Source of the DNA: Bacteroidota bacterium
GTDB lineage: Bacteria > Bacteroidota > Bacteroidia > Flavobacteriales_F > PHOS-HE28
Assembly (NCBI GenBank): GCA_029573495.1
Contig: JAKQEI010000087.1
Span: 59,586-123,585, forward strand
DNA: 64,000 nt
Direction: 5' to 3'
In this document: positions 1 through 9,019 of the stretch, one piece after another
How the letters are laid out: each line of letters starts with the position of its first letter
How positions within the stretch are numbered: position 1 is the stretch's first letter
The notes under the pieces: generated by a model
Seen by the model: the letters and a program-made list of their open reading frames with translations, nothing else
Databases searched by the model: none
What the model was told of the DNA's origin: nothing
Program-made: the position numbers and the translations under genes

Positions 1-21
1 GGAGTCTGGTTAGCATCTGCA

Positions 22-576
22 TCACCAATCCTTTTCAATGTTCTGGCGCGTTACCGGTCGGCGACGCAGTCGCACCTTCTCCTGGATGTCCTTCTCCGAA
101 CGCTCCAGCGCGTCCAGCATGCGCATGGCATCCTGAGGTGCGATGTTGTTGGCTTCTTCGCCTTTGCGTTGCTCCTCCTTCCTGCTGTTGTCAGCCTGCT
201 GCGGGGGCTCGTTCTTCTCCTGTTGAGGCTCTTGCTGTTGCCGGTCTTCGGGTTTGCCCTGGTCCTGCTCCTGCTGTTCGTTCTTCCCGTCCTGGTCCTG
301 CTTCTCCTTGTCCTTTCCCTGCTGGTCCTTGTTCTGCTCTTGTTGCTGCTTCTTCTCTTCGTCCTTCAAGAGCGCTTCGGCCAGTTTGAGCAATTTGGGA
401 TCACCGGGATAAGCCTGAAGTCCACGGTCCAGGGTGCGCATGGCGGTCATCTTATCCACTTTCACGAACTCCCGTGAGGCTTGGTTGAAGTAGGCTTCAG
501 CCGTCACCTCCTGGGCCACGGCGCCGCCTGCCAGGAGGCTGATGGCGATCGGAAGGGCGATGCGTAACGTGCTCAT
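22..576 (-). CDS. Secreted TPR-like protein with long Q/E/K-rich low-complexity C-terminal region; terminal gene of Bat-like operon (occupies BatD/BatE position but much shorter)
   Basis: ATG start at 576 overlaps upstream gene by 4 bp. N-terminal signal peptide (LPIAISLLAGGAVAQ). TPR-like helices, then about 100 aa of EEKKQQQEQNKDQQGKDKEK... low complexity. Confidence 0.55.
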   Translation of the reverse strand: MSTLRIALPIAISLLAGGAVAQEVTAEAYFNQASREFVKVDKMTAMRTLDRGLQAYPGDPKLLKLAEALLKDEEKKQQQEQNKDQQGKDKEKQDQDGKNEQQEQDQGKPEDRQQQEPQQEKNEPPQQADNSRKEEQRKGEEANNIAPQDAMRMLDALERSEKDIQEKVRLRRRPVTRQNIEKDW

Positions 577-1379
577 TGGGCTTTCGCGGCCTGGGTCACC
601 AGGTCCAGTTTGTTCATGTAGTCCTGCTTCTGCTGCAGGGTCGGCTCGGCCTTCAGTCCATCCTGCAGCACCTTCAATGCTTCGGTGAACTTATAGCGGT
701 CCACCAGTTCATCCGCTTTCTTCATCAGGAGGAGGGCTTTATCGCTGAGCGTCTTCTCCTCGTTCTTCTGCTGGTCATTCTGACGTTGCTCGGCTTCCTT
801 TCGCCGCTGCGTGATGCGCTGCTGTACAAGGGCGAGGTTGTACCGGGCATCCTCATCTGCCGGGCTCAGACGCAGCGCTTCCTTGTAGGCGGCGGCGCCC
901 TGTGCCAGCGCACTGTCCTCCAGGTGTTCGAGTTGCTGACGGACCCGCGCCAGCGAATCCCGGGTCACGGCCATGCGCAACTTCATCGCGATGTCATCGC
1001 CTTGGATCACCGTGGTCTCCAGTTCCTTGTCACACCTGTGGATGGCCGAATCGGCATCCAGTGCGATCGTGGTCCAGGCGTTCGCCAGGTTGTAGCGAAC
1101 GGCCGCGCGCAGGGTGATGTCCATTATGGCTGGTTCGCTGATGCGGTAGGACCTGGTCGCACTGTCAGCCAGTTCCATCCGGTAGAGGGCGTTCCCCAGG
1201 TTGAAACTGACTCGTGCATCATGGGGTGCTGCGGCGTAGACCGCTGCGGCTTCCTGGAAACGTCCTTCCCGATAGGGGATCGCACCTTCGTGCAGCGCTT
1301 CCTCGGCGGCTTGCTGTGCCGCATCGCCACAACCAAGCAGAAGGGGTGGAATTACAGCGATATGGAGCAGGCGTCTCAT
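573..1379 (-). CDS. batC: BatC-like TPR-repeat protein of aerotolerance (Bat) operon
   Basis: Signal peptide, multiple TPR-like A-x-x-Y-x-x-A motifs. Positioned after two VWA genes in Bat-type operon, with 4-bp overlaps on both sides. Confidence 0.6.
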   Translation of the reverse strand: MRRLLHIAVIPPLLLGCGDAAQQAAEEALHEGAIPYREGRFQEAAAVYAAAPHDARVSFNLGNALYRMELADSATRSYRISEPAIMDITLRAAVRYNLANAWTTIALDADSAIHRCDKELETTVIQGDDIAMKLRMAVTRDSLARVRQQLEHLEDSALAQGAAAYKEALRLSPADEDARYNLALVQQRITQRRKEAEQRQNDQQKNEEKTLSDKALLLMKKADELVDRYKFTEALKVLQDGLKAEPTLQQKQDYMNKLDLVTQAAKAQ

Positions 1380-2521
1380 GCGTTGATGGATGGCCAGCGA
1401 GCGCGCCAGTGCCGCCGTTCCCCCATGGCCAGGCCGAGCAGGGTCATGGCGATCCCTATCGCGAGCGGATATTGGAACTGGTCCTCGTGCGCGGTGTACA
1501 TGAAGGAGGTGGTCTCCGCGGATTCGAGGTTGCGCAGGTCGGCCACCAGTTGTTCCAGGCCGCTGGAAGTGGAGGTGGCGCGCACGTACATGCCCTTGCC
1601 TTCCGCAGCGATGCGCTCGAGCATCGGTTCGTTCAGGCGGCTCACCACGGTGTTGCCGTTCTGGTCCTTCCGGAAGCCGACCACCTGGCCGTTGCGCCGG
1701 ATGGGAAGTGGACCACCTTCAGGGGTGCCCATGCCGATCGTATGAACGATGATGCCCGCCTCCGCCGCCTTGCGCGCGGCACCCTCGGCATCATCCTCAT
1801 GGTTCTCCCCATCGGTGATCACGATGATGGCCTTCCCGCCGGGTGACTCCAGGTCGAAGCTCTCGCGTGCCAGATCGATGGCAGCCCCGATGGCTGTGCC
1901 TTGCGTACCAACGGATCGAGTGCTCAGCGCATCGAGGAAGAGCTTTGCGGCCGACCGATCGGTGGTGATGGGCAGTTGCACGAAGGCTTCGCCGGCGAAG
2001 ACCACGATGCCCAGGCGGTCGCCGCGCATCTTATCGATCAGCTGCGACATGGCGCGGCGGGCGGCTTCCATGCGATCGGGTCGCAGATCCTCGCAGGCCA
2101 TGCTGTTGCTCACGTCCATGGCCACCACCAGGTCCACACCTTCGGAGCGCACCTCGCTCAACCGCGTGCCGAACTGTGGACCGGCCAGTGCCACGGCGAT
2201 GAAGGATAGCGCATGGCGCACCAGCAGGAAACGCAGGATCACCCGCGTGTCGGAGTTGCCCGGGACCATGCGCGCCAGCGTGGCCTTATACGCGAAGCGC
2301 TTCTGGGCGCGAACCCGCCAGGCGAGATTCAAGAGGAAGACGATGGCGAGCAGCGGTCCGGCGAGCAGGCCATAGAGCATTTCCGGTCGCTCCAGTCGGA
2401 ACGCAGGCACCTCCTGGTCCAGGAGCCACCAGCAGGCCACCCACGTGATGCCGGAGAGGACCTCCAGGCCGAGCACCACGGCCGTGGCGACACCGAGGTG
2501 ATATGTGCCTGGGTTCCTCAT
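1376..2521 (-). CDS. batB: BatB-like von Willebrand factor type A (VWA) domain membrane protein
   Basis: N-terminal TM helices followed by VWA/MIDAS-like region (DVSNSM, ITDGENH). Second of two tandem VWA genes after DUF58/MoxR. ATG start verified. Confidence 0.75.
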   Translation of the reverse strand: MRNPGTYHLGVATAVVLGLEVLSGITWVACWWLLDQEVPAFRLERPEMLYGLLAGPLLAIVFLLNLAWRVRAQKRFAYKATLARMVPGNSDTRVILRFLLVRHALSFIAVALAGPQFGTRLSEVRSEGVDLVVAMDVSNSMACEDLRPDRMEAARRAMSQLIDKMRGDRLGIVVFAGEAFVQLPITTDRSAAKLFLDALSTRSVGTQGTAIGAAIDLARESFDLESPGGKAIIVITDGENHEDDAEGAARKAAEAGIIVHTIGMGTPEGGPLPIRRNGQVVGFRKDQNGNTVVSRLNEPMLERIAAEGKGMYVRATSTSSGLEQLVADLRNLESAETTSFMYTAHEDQFQYPLAIGIAMTLLGLAMGERRHWRARWPSINA

Positions 2522-3600
2522 GCCATGCTGCGGAGGATGGTGCGGTCAAGGAAGGCGGCGGCGAACAGCAGGGATGCACCGACCAGGACGAAGGGCAGGT
2601 ACTCCTCGTTCTTCGAACGGTGCTCGGTCACCTTGATGCGTGTCTTCTCCAGGCGGTCGATCTCTCCGTAGATCTCCTTCAACTTGGCTTCATCCGTGGC
2701 TCGGAAGTACTTGCCACCCGTGAGGTCCGCTATGCGTTGCATGGTGGCCTCGTCCAGGTCCACGTCCACGTATTCATACCGGTATTGGCCCGTGGCGTAC
2801 CGAGCGACCGGGGAAAGGGCCTTGCCACGTGTGCCCACGCCGATCGTGTATACGCGGATGCCGAGCTGTTCCGCGATGCGGGCGGCATCGATCGGCTGGA
2901 TCGTTCCCGCATTGCTCACACCATCGGTAAGGAGGATCACCACCTTGCTCTTGGCCTCGCTCTCGCGCAGACGGTTCAATGCGGTGGCCAGTCCGCTCCC
3001 AACCGCGGTGCCGCCCTCGATCAACCCGGGTGCCACATCGGCGAAAAGTTCCTTCAACACACGGTGGTCCGTGGTGATCGGGCATTGCGTGAACGCCTCT
3101 CCCTCATATACCACGAGGCCGATGCGGTCGTTGGGCCGATCGTCGACGAAGTCCATGGCCACCCGTTTGGAGGCCTGAAGACGGTCAGGCTTGAAGTCCT
3201 TGGCGAGCATGCTCGCCGAGATGTCCAGCGCGATGACGATGTCGATGCCCTCGCGCTTCACGTCCTGCCAGTTGTCCTCGCTCTGCGGTCGTGCCAGGCC
3301 GATGATCAGCAGGCCGGTGCCGAGGATCCCCATGGCCATGGGCAGGTGTCGGAGATAGGCGAGGATATCCAGTGGTCGCTGCCCAACGGTGTGCAGGGTG
3401 CTCAGGCGCACCATGGATCGGCGCCGTACCGTGCGCAGGAGATGGAAGCCCACCAGGGGAAGCAGCAACAACAGGAGCCAATAGCACCATGCGCTCGCTG
3501 CTTCGTACCGCCGAAGGGCGAATACGAGCGCAAGGACCACACCCGCCAGCGCAAGGAGGCACCACACCACACCGGCTATGAGGTCGCGGCTCCTACGCAT
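2518..3600 (-). CDS. batA: BatA-like VWA domain membrane protein
   Basis: ORF track start 3606 is TTG; in-frame ATG at 3600 chosen. TM segments then VWA domain (DISASM ... LLTDGVSNAG). Confidence 0.75.
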   Translation of the reverse strand: MRRSRDLIAGVVWCLLALAGVVLALVFALRRYEAASAWCYWLLLLLLPLVGFHLLRTVRRRSMVRLSTLHTVGQRPLDILAYLRHLPMAMGILGTGLLIIGLARPQSEDNWQDVKREGIDIVIALDISASMLAKDFKPDRLQASKRVAMDFVDDRPNDRIGLVVYEGEAFTQCPITTDHRVLKELFADVAPGLIEGGTAVGSGLATALNRLRESEAKSKVVILLTDGVSNAGTIQPIDAARIAEQLGIRVYTIGVGTRGKALSPVARYATGQYRYEYVDVDLDEATMQRIADLTGGKYFRATDEAKLKEIYGEIDRLEKTRIKVTEHRSKNEEYLPFVLVGASLLFAAAFLDRTILRSMA

Positions 3601-4513
3601 GGCCAACGGGTTCCGGACGCGGTGCGGTCTCTCTTACGAATTGTACCGCGCTCGCCATCATCTGTTCATTCTCCTGCGGAGAGGGCAGTGCCTTGGCGAA
3701 CTTCACCATATCCGCAAGTCGCAACATGTTCTCCAACCGTCCGCGTTGATCGGTGTTCAAGGGGCTCACCCGCAATTCGCGCAACAGTTCGTCGGTCGTA
3801 CTCTCCATCGCAGGCACCCGGTAGCGCTCCTCGATGTATCCGCGCAGGAGGTCCGTCAGACGCGATTGGTATTGCTTGTGATCCCCTCGTTGCCAGATGC
3901 GTTCCGCCTCGAGGCTGCGCAGACCGGCAAGTACACGATCGGTGAGCGGGAGTGCGACCGCCTCGGTCATGACCGGTATGGTCGACTTGCGGCGGGTGAG
4001 GTACAGTAGCAGCCCGATGAGCGAACCGATGGTCGCGAGCGCGACGAGCAGCCAGAGCGCGTGCATGCGTATCCAATACAGAAGGCTGAATGGCAGCTCA
4101 ACGATGTCCTTGATGTCGCGGATCGGCTTCGACGCATCCACATCCACCGTGCGCACCTCCACGAGCATCGCCTTCGTCTCCTGAGGTGCTCCGTTCACGA
4201 TGAACCGGAAGGGGGGGATGGCCCAATAGCCCGTGTCGAACGCGGTAAGGTGGAGGGTCCGCACCTGGCGCATCGATCCCGGGGTGGCCTCGGCGGTGTC
4301 CACGCCGCTGTCACGCACCACTTCGATATGGGTGGCGAGGGTGTCGCCGATCGCAGGCCAGATCACGCTGACCGCCTCGGGATGGCTCACTTCGAGCTGA
4401 AGCCGGACCTGTTCTCCGATGCGGATCACGTTCGTGTCGATGCGCGCATCAACGACGCTGGAGCCGGGCTGAGCCGTTGCGACCAGCGGGATCACCAGGA
4501 CGATATGGAACAT
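3593..4513 (-). CDS. Bat operon membrane protein (signal peptide + single C-proximal TM; DUF4381-like position between DUF58 and BatA)
   Basis: ORF track start is GTG at 4522; in-frame ATG at 4513 gives clean signal peptide MFHIVLVIPLVATAQP. Hydrophobic helix LWLLVALATIGSLIGLLLYL mid-protein. Confidence 0.55.
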   Translation of the reverse strand: MFHIVLVIPLVATAQPGSSVVDARIDTNVIRIGEQVRLQLEVSHPEAVSVIWPAIGDTLATHIEVVRDSGVDTAEATPGSMRQVRTLHLTAFDTGYWAIPPFRFIVNGAPQETKAMLVEVRTVDVDASKPIRDIKDIVELPFSLLYWIRMHALWLLVALATIGSLIGLLLYLTRRKSTIPVMTEAVALPLTDRVLAGLRSLEAERIWQRGDHKQYQSRLTDLLRGYIEERYRVPAMESTTDELLRELRVSPLNTDQRGRLENMLRLADMVKFAKALPSPQENEQMMASAVQFVRETAPRPEPVGHA

Positions 4514-4518
4514 CCATC

Positions 4519-5403
4519 TCACCGGACCTCGCGCTGTTTGAGCAATTGCATCAACGGGCGCACATAGCCATCCTGTGTGCTGATCGTCGCATGGTCCACA
4601 CCGGAACGGCGCAGGATCTCGCGGGTGCGGTTCTGGTGCTTCAGCGCAGCCGCCCGGAAGGCGTTACGGATGGCGCGGCTACCCGTGTTCACCCAGCGCC
4701 CTTCACCCGTCTCGGGATCCACGAACTGCACCAGACCGATGTTCGGAAGCTCCCCCTCGCGCGGGTCGGTCGTGCGCAGGACCACGAGGTCATGTCGTCT
4801 GTTGGCGATCTTGAGCGCGGCCTCGTAGTCCGTATCCATCATATCGCTCAGCAGGAAGGTGATGCTCCGCTTCTTGATCACGCTGTTGAGGTAGCGCAGG
4901 GCGGCGGTGATGTCCGTGCCCCGTTCTCGCGGTTGGAATTCCAGGAGTTCCCGCACGAGGCGCAGGATGTGACTGCGACCCTTCTTGGGTGGGATGAACT
5001 TCTCCACCTGCCCGGTGAAAAGGATGAGTCCCACCTTGTCATTGTTCTTGATGGCGCTGAAGGCGATGGTGGCACAGGCTTCGGTGATCAGTTCACGCTT
5101 CAATTGGTCCGTGGTGCCGAACTCACCGGAGGCGCTCAGGTCCGCGACAAGCATCACGGTGAGCTCACGTTCCTCTTCGAACACCTTCACGAACGGATGT
5201 CCGAAGCGAGCGGTCACGTTCCAATCGATGGTGCGTACCTCATCGCCGGGCGTGTATTCACGCACCTCGCTGAAGGTCATGCCACGCCCTTTGAACGCAC
5301 TATGGTACTCGCCGGAGAAGATGTGCTCGCTCAAGCCGCGTGTCTTCAGCTCGATCAAGCGCACCTTGCGGAGCAGCTCCTTGGTATGTTGCGTCGTGTT
5401 CAT
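4519..5403 (-). CDS. DUF58 domain protein (MoxR-associated, VWA-like)
   Basis: Typical DUF58 sequence (TFSEVREYTPGDEVRTIDWNVTAR...) immediately downstream of MoxR ATPase. ATG start verified. Confidence 0.8.
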   Translation of the reverse strand: MNTTQHTKELLRKVRLIELKTRGLSEHIFSGEYHSAFKGRGMTFSEVREYTPGDEVRTIDWNVTARFGHPFVKVFEEERELTVMLVADLSASGEFGTTDQLKRELITEACATIAFSAIKNNDKVGLILFTGQVEKFIPPKKGRSHILRLVRELLEFQPRERGTDITAALRYLNSVIKKRSITFLLSDMMDTDYEAALKIANRRHDLVVLRTTDPREGELPNIGLVQFVDPETGEGRWVNTGSRAIRNAFRAAALKHQNRTREILRRSGVDHATISTQDGYVRPLMQLLKQREVR

Positions 5404-5464
5404 GTGGGCACCTGGGCCGTAGGACCGGTGCAGGACATCCTTGGAGCCTGCACCTGCGCGTGGA

Positions 5465-6505
5465 TCAAGGCACCTCCACCGTGTTCAGCACACGGTCGAT
5501 GATCTCGGTGACGGTGATGTTCTCCGCCTCGGCCTCATAGGTCAGACCGATGCGGTGGCGCAGGACATCAGGGCAGACGGCGCGCACATCCTCGGGGATC
5601 ACGTATCCGCGCCGTTTCGTGAAGGCGAATGCCTTTGCCGCGAGCGCCATGTTGATACTCGCACGCGGGCTACCGCCGAAGCCGATCATGCTGGTGAGGT
5701 CGGTGAGCTTGTACTGGTCCGGCTTGCGTGTGGCGTACACGATGTCCACGATGTACTGCTCGATCTTCTCGTCCATGTACACCTCGCGCACCAGTTGACG
5801 GGCCTTCATGATCTCATCGGGGCGCACCACGCGCTGAGGCTCGGCCATGCCCCCCGGCCGCACGTTCTGGCGGATGATGAGCTTCTCCTCCTCCTTTCGC
5901 GGATAATCGAGCACGACCTTCAGCATGAAGCGATCGGTCTGGGCCTCGGGGAGCGGGTAGGTGCCTTCCTGCTCGATGGGGTTCATGGTGGCGAGTACCA
6001 GGAAGGGTTGGGGCAGGGGATAGGTGGTGGCACCGATGGTGACCTGTCGTTCCTGCATGGCTTCGAGCAATGCACTCTGCACCTTGGCGGGGGCTCGGTT
6101 GATCTCGTCGGCCAGGATGAAGTTGCTGAAGATCGGCCCCTTCTTCACACTGAACTCCTCGTTGCGCTGGCTGTAGATCAAGGTGCCGATGAGGTCGGCC
6201 GGGAGCAGGTCGGGGGTGAACTGGATCCGGCTGAAGTCCACATCCACGGTGCGGGCGAGCGCTTTGATCGCCATGGTCTTCGCCAGGCCGGGGACCCCTT
6301 CAAGCAGGATATGCCCATCGGCGAGCAGGGCCACGAGCAGCTTTTGGACCATGTCCTTCTGGCCCACGATCACCTTGCCCATTTCCTGATCGATGAGGTC
6401 GACGAAGGCACTGGCCTGCTGGATGCGTTCGTTCAAGGCACGGATGCTGTCCGAGGTGACGGCTTGTGTGCTTCCGGTGGTGGTCTCGTCCATGGGTTCG
6501 GTCAT
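5465..6505 (-). CDS. moxR: MoxR-family AAA+ ATPase
   Basis: Walker A GVPGLAKT, MoxR signature regions. ORF track start 6535 is TTG; in-frame ATG at 6505 (MTEPMDE) preferred. Confidence 0.9.
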   Translation of the reverse strand: MTEPMDETTTGSTQAVTSDSIRALNERIQQASAFVDLIDQEMGKVIVGQKDMVQKLLVALLADGHILLEGVPGLAKTMAIKALARTVDVDFSRIQFTPDLLPADLIGTLIYSQRNEEFSVKKGPIFSNFILADEINRAPAKVQSALLEAMQERQVTIGATTYPLPQPFLVLATMNPIEQEGTYPLPEAQTDRFMLKVVLDYPRKEEEKLIIRQNVRPGGMAEPQRVVRPDEIMKARQLVREVYMDEKIEQYIVDIVYATRKPDQYKLTDLTSMIGFGGSPRASINMALAAKAFAFTKRRGYVIPEDVRAVCPDVLRHRIGLTYEAEAENITVTEIIDRVLNTVEVP

Positions 6506-6677
6506 GATCGGCGGCTGGCCGTGGTTCTTACGCAAAGGTCAAAGGGCTGGCTCGCGCGGTCCGGCAGGTGCGAGTTAAAGAACGTTAACCCATCACAGGC
6601 ATTGGCAGGTCCCGGCAGCGTATCGCGATGAACGGTTCCAGGTATTATGGAAGGACATCTCGGGTACCTTCGGGCCT

Positions 6678-7091
6678 ATGCAGACCACCACGCAAGCCCT
6701 GACCCTCGACGAGGCCACCACCCATGTCCGCGCGTTCCACGAAGCCTTCGGCATCCCGAACGCTGCGCAACCCACCGGCAACATCGGCGATCGCGATGCC
6801 TTGTTGCGGTACAAGTTGATCCGTGAGGAGAACGAGGAGTACCTGGAAGCGGCGCTGCGCGGTGACCTGGCGGAGGTGGCCGATGCACTGGGCGATATCC
6901 TATATATCCTTTGTGGCACCATGCTGAAGCATGGATTGGAGCACAAGATGAACGAGGTGTTCCGCGAGATCCAACGCAGCAACATGAGCAAGCTCGGAGC
7001 GGATGGCAAGCCCATCTACCGTGAGGATGGCAAAGTGATGAAAGGACCGGGATACTTCAAGCCGGATATTCAGCGGATACTGGAACGATGA
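6678..7091 (+). CDS. MazG-like nucleotide pyrophosphohydrolase family protein
   Basis: EEXXE-type motif (REENEEYLEA) and all-alpha MazG/HisE-like sequence. ATG start. Confidence 0.7.
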   Translation: MQTTTQALTLDEATTHVRAFHEAFGIPNAAQPTGNIGDRDALLRYKLIREENEEYLEAALRGDLAEVADALGDILYILCGTMLKHGLEHKMNEVFREIQRSNMSKLGADGKPIYREDGKVMKGPGYFKPDIQRILER

Positions 7092-7594
7092 ACCTATCCG
7101 CCCTCCTCACCAAAGCCCGCACCTCCGCGTACTCCCGCTGGTGGTTGAACAGGGTGTTGCCGTTCTCCATTCCATTCAATCGACCGCACGGCTTCGAAGT
7201 GATCCCATTGCGTGACGGTGGCATCAGCGTACGCATACCGTATTGGCGTGTGAACCGCAACCACATCAGGGGTATTCACGCCTGCGCCATCGCCACGGCA
7301 AGCGAGATGTGCAGTGGCTTGTCGATCCTGGAGAAGTTGGATCCCAAGCAATACCGCTTGATCATGCGTACCCTGCACGTCGAGTACCACTATCAAGCGA
7401 AGAAGCCGGCCACGGCGACCTGCGTACCCTCCACGGACGAGATCACGACCCGCGTGGTGGAACCATTGCGCAACCAGGATGCGGTGGACTATGGCAGCAC
7501 CGTGGAGGTGCATGACGCCGACGGTAAGCACCTGGCCACCGCCACGGTCACCTGGCAGGTGAAGGAGTGGAGGAAGGTGCGGACGAAAGTGTGA
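7088..7594 (+). CDS. DUF4442-type hotdog-fold (thioesterase-like) protein
   Basis: Sequence pattern typical of DUF4442 (WWLNRVLPFSIPFNRPHGFEVIPL...). 4-bp overlap with upstream MazG-like gene. Confidence 0.6.
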   Translation: MNLSALLTKARTSAYSRWWLNRVLPFSIPFNRPHGFEVIPLRDGGISVRIPYWRVNRNHIRGIHACAIATASEMCSGLSILEKLDPKQYRLIMRTLHVEYHYQAKKPATATCVPSTDEITTRVVEPLRNQDAVDYGSTVEVHDADGKHLATATVTWQVKEWRKVRTKV

Positions 7595-7598
7595 AGAG

Positions 7599-8357
7599 AT
7601 GACAGAGGAAGCGCCAGTTCATTGGGTAACTGTCGGGACCTTTCCCCATGGGATGGATATCATCTTCATCGAGCATGAACTCGCGGAACAGGACATTCCG
7701 TATGTCAAGCTCGATGAGACCACGGTCCAGGTGATCCCGCACTTGAGTCAGGCTTTGGGCGGGGTTCGGCTTCAAGTTGCTTCGTACGATGTACCTCGGG
7801 CACTGGAGGTCTTGAAGGTCGCCGGGGTCGCGATCGAGGATGTCGACAGGGGTAGTCCACTTTTGGAAGTTTTCGATGACCTTACATCGCGCCTTCGGTT
7901 CATAGGTAGCTTCCCTTTAGGATGGCGTTTCATCATCGTATTCGCCGGGCTCGTCACGCTAATTGGAGGGACGATGTACCTGGCCTTCGTTCCGGATCTT
8001 TCCGAGCGCCTTGTGAAGCACGATTGGTGTGTCCGCACTTTCCGGTCCAAAGGAGAGCTCACATCATTGGCGACCATCGGCTCGTTCCGGATGATCACGA
8101 CCGATTGTTCTGAGCGCATCCGGTTCTGGCCTGGTGGAGCGGTCCAATTCCCTGGGATCAACACACCGGAGGTATCAGCCTCCTGGGAGGTCATCGATGG
8201 GAGACTGCGGATCTACGGGGCTGATACGTTGTGGGATGTGTACGAAGGGGAATATGAGGTCGAAGTGGATGACTTCAAGATACGCCTGATATCACTGTCA
8301 ACCGCGATAACGGCAGGGCGTGATAGGACCGTTGAGAACCTGTTCCAAGGCCTATGA
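7599..8357 (+). CDS. Hypothetical membrane protein with N-terminal DUF2007-like domain
   Basis: ATG start. N-terminal region resembles putative signal-transducing DUF2007. Central hydrophobic helix FIIVFAGLVTLIGGTMYLAFV. Confidence 0.5.
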   Translation: MTEEAPVHWVTVGTFPHGMDIIFIEHELAEQDIPYVKLDETTVQVIPHLSQALGGVRLQVASYDVPRALEVLKVAGVAIEDVDRGSPLLEVFDDLTSRLRFIGSFPLGWRFIIVFAGLVTLIGGTMYLAFVPDLSERLVKHDWCVRTFRSKGELTSLATIGSFRMITTDCSERIRFWPGGAVQFPGINTPEVSASWEVIDGRLRIYGADTLWDVYEGEYEVEVDDFKIRLISLSTAITAGRDRTVENLFQGL

Positions 8358-8999
8358 ATGCGATGGTCCGAAGGACCTTCGGAACACACTCACCACCACC
8401 ATCACCAGCACCGCCCCACTGAAGGCCAGCGCCATGTCCTTCTGCGCATCCCACACATCCCCTTGTGAGCCCAGGTAGGCCGCTCCCTGGGCGGGGAAGA
8501 AGACGTCGGCCACGGCCCACTCGAGCAATTCGTAGGCCCCGCTGAAGCTGAGTGTGATCTCCACGGGCAACACCCAGCACACCCAGTTGGGCCAGTGGAA
8601 GTGGTTCTTGAAGTAGTCGCGCATGGGATAGGCCAGCAGCAGGCCGAAGCTGAAGTGTACGATCCGGTCGTAGTGGTTCCGCTCGCCGTGAAAGAGATCC
8701 TGCAGCCAGTATCCGAGCGGGTTCTCTGCATAGGTGTACATGGCGCCGTAGATGTGGAGCAGGATGTACACGAACATCAGGGTATAACTGAGGTCACTGA
8801 ACCGGAAGCGGCGATGGGAGAGCGCCAGCCCCCCGATGAACACGGTGGTGAGCGCGTTCTCGGTGAACCAGTTGGCCTTGTCGGTGGTGCCAATGAAGGT
8901 CCACACCCAGATGATCAGGAAGACCGTGAGATAGGTCTTCAACAGGGTGTTGCGGCCGAAGGGCAGGCGCTCGCCGGTGGATGCGGTGGCGAATGGCAT
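8352..8999 (-). CDS. DUF2238 (YjdF-like) integral membrane protein
   Basis: The 422-aa ORF is an artefact fusion. Real protein starts at in-frame ATG (MPFATAS). Multiple TM helices, HFSFGLLLAYPMRDYF motif. Confidence 0.65.
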   Translation of the reverse strand: MPFATASTGERLPFGRNTLLKTYLTVFLIIWVWTFIGTTDKANWFTENALTTVFIGGLALSHRRFRFSDLSYTLMFVYILLHIYGAMYTYAENPLGYWLQDLFHGERNHYDRIVHFSFGLLLAYPMRDYFKNHFHWPNWVCWVLPVEITLSFSGAYELLEWAVADVFFPAQGAAYLGSQGDVWDAQKDMALAFSGAVLVMVVVSVFRRSFGPSHS

Positions 9000-9019
9000 T
9001 TTGATCAGCGTGGATGAGA

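Noticed and set aside
138-477. + strand ORFs 138..389 and 169..477 with poly-L/poly-P translations
   Set aside because: Alternative-frame readings of the trinucleotide-repeat region inside the terminal Bat gene.
576-6631. Long + strand ORFs (576..1745, 1214..1846, 2503..3945, 4477..5502, 5441..6631) opposite the Bat operon
   Set aside because: Antisense to well-supported genes (MoxR, VWA, DUF58). Compositionally biased (R/G/H/A-rich) translations typical of high-GC antisense frames, with no motifs.
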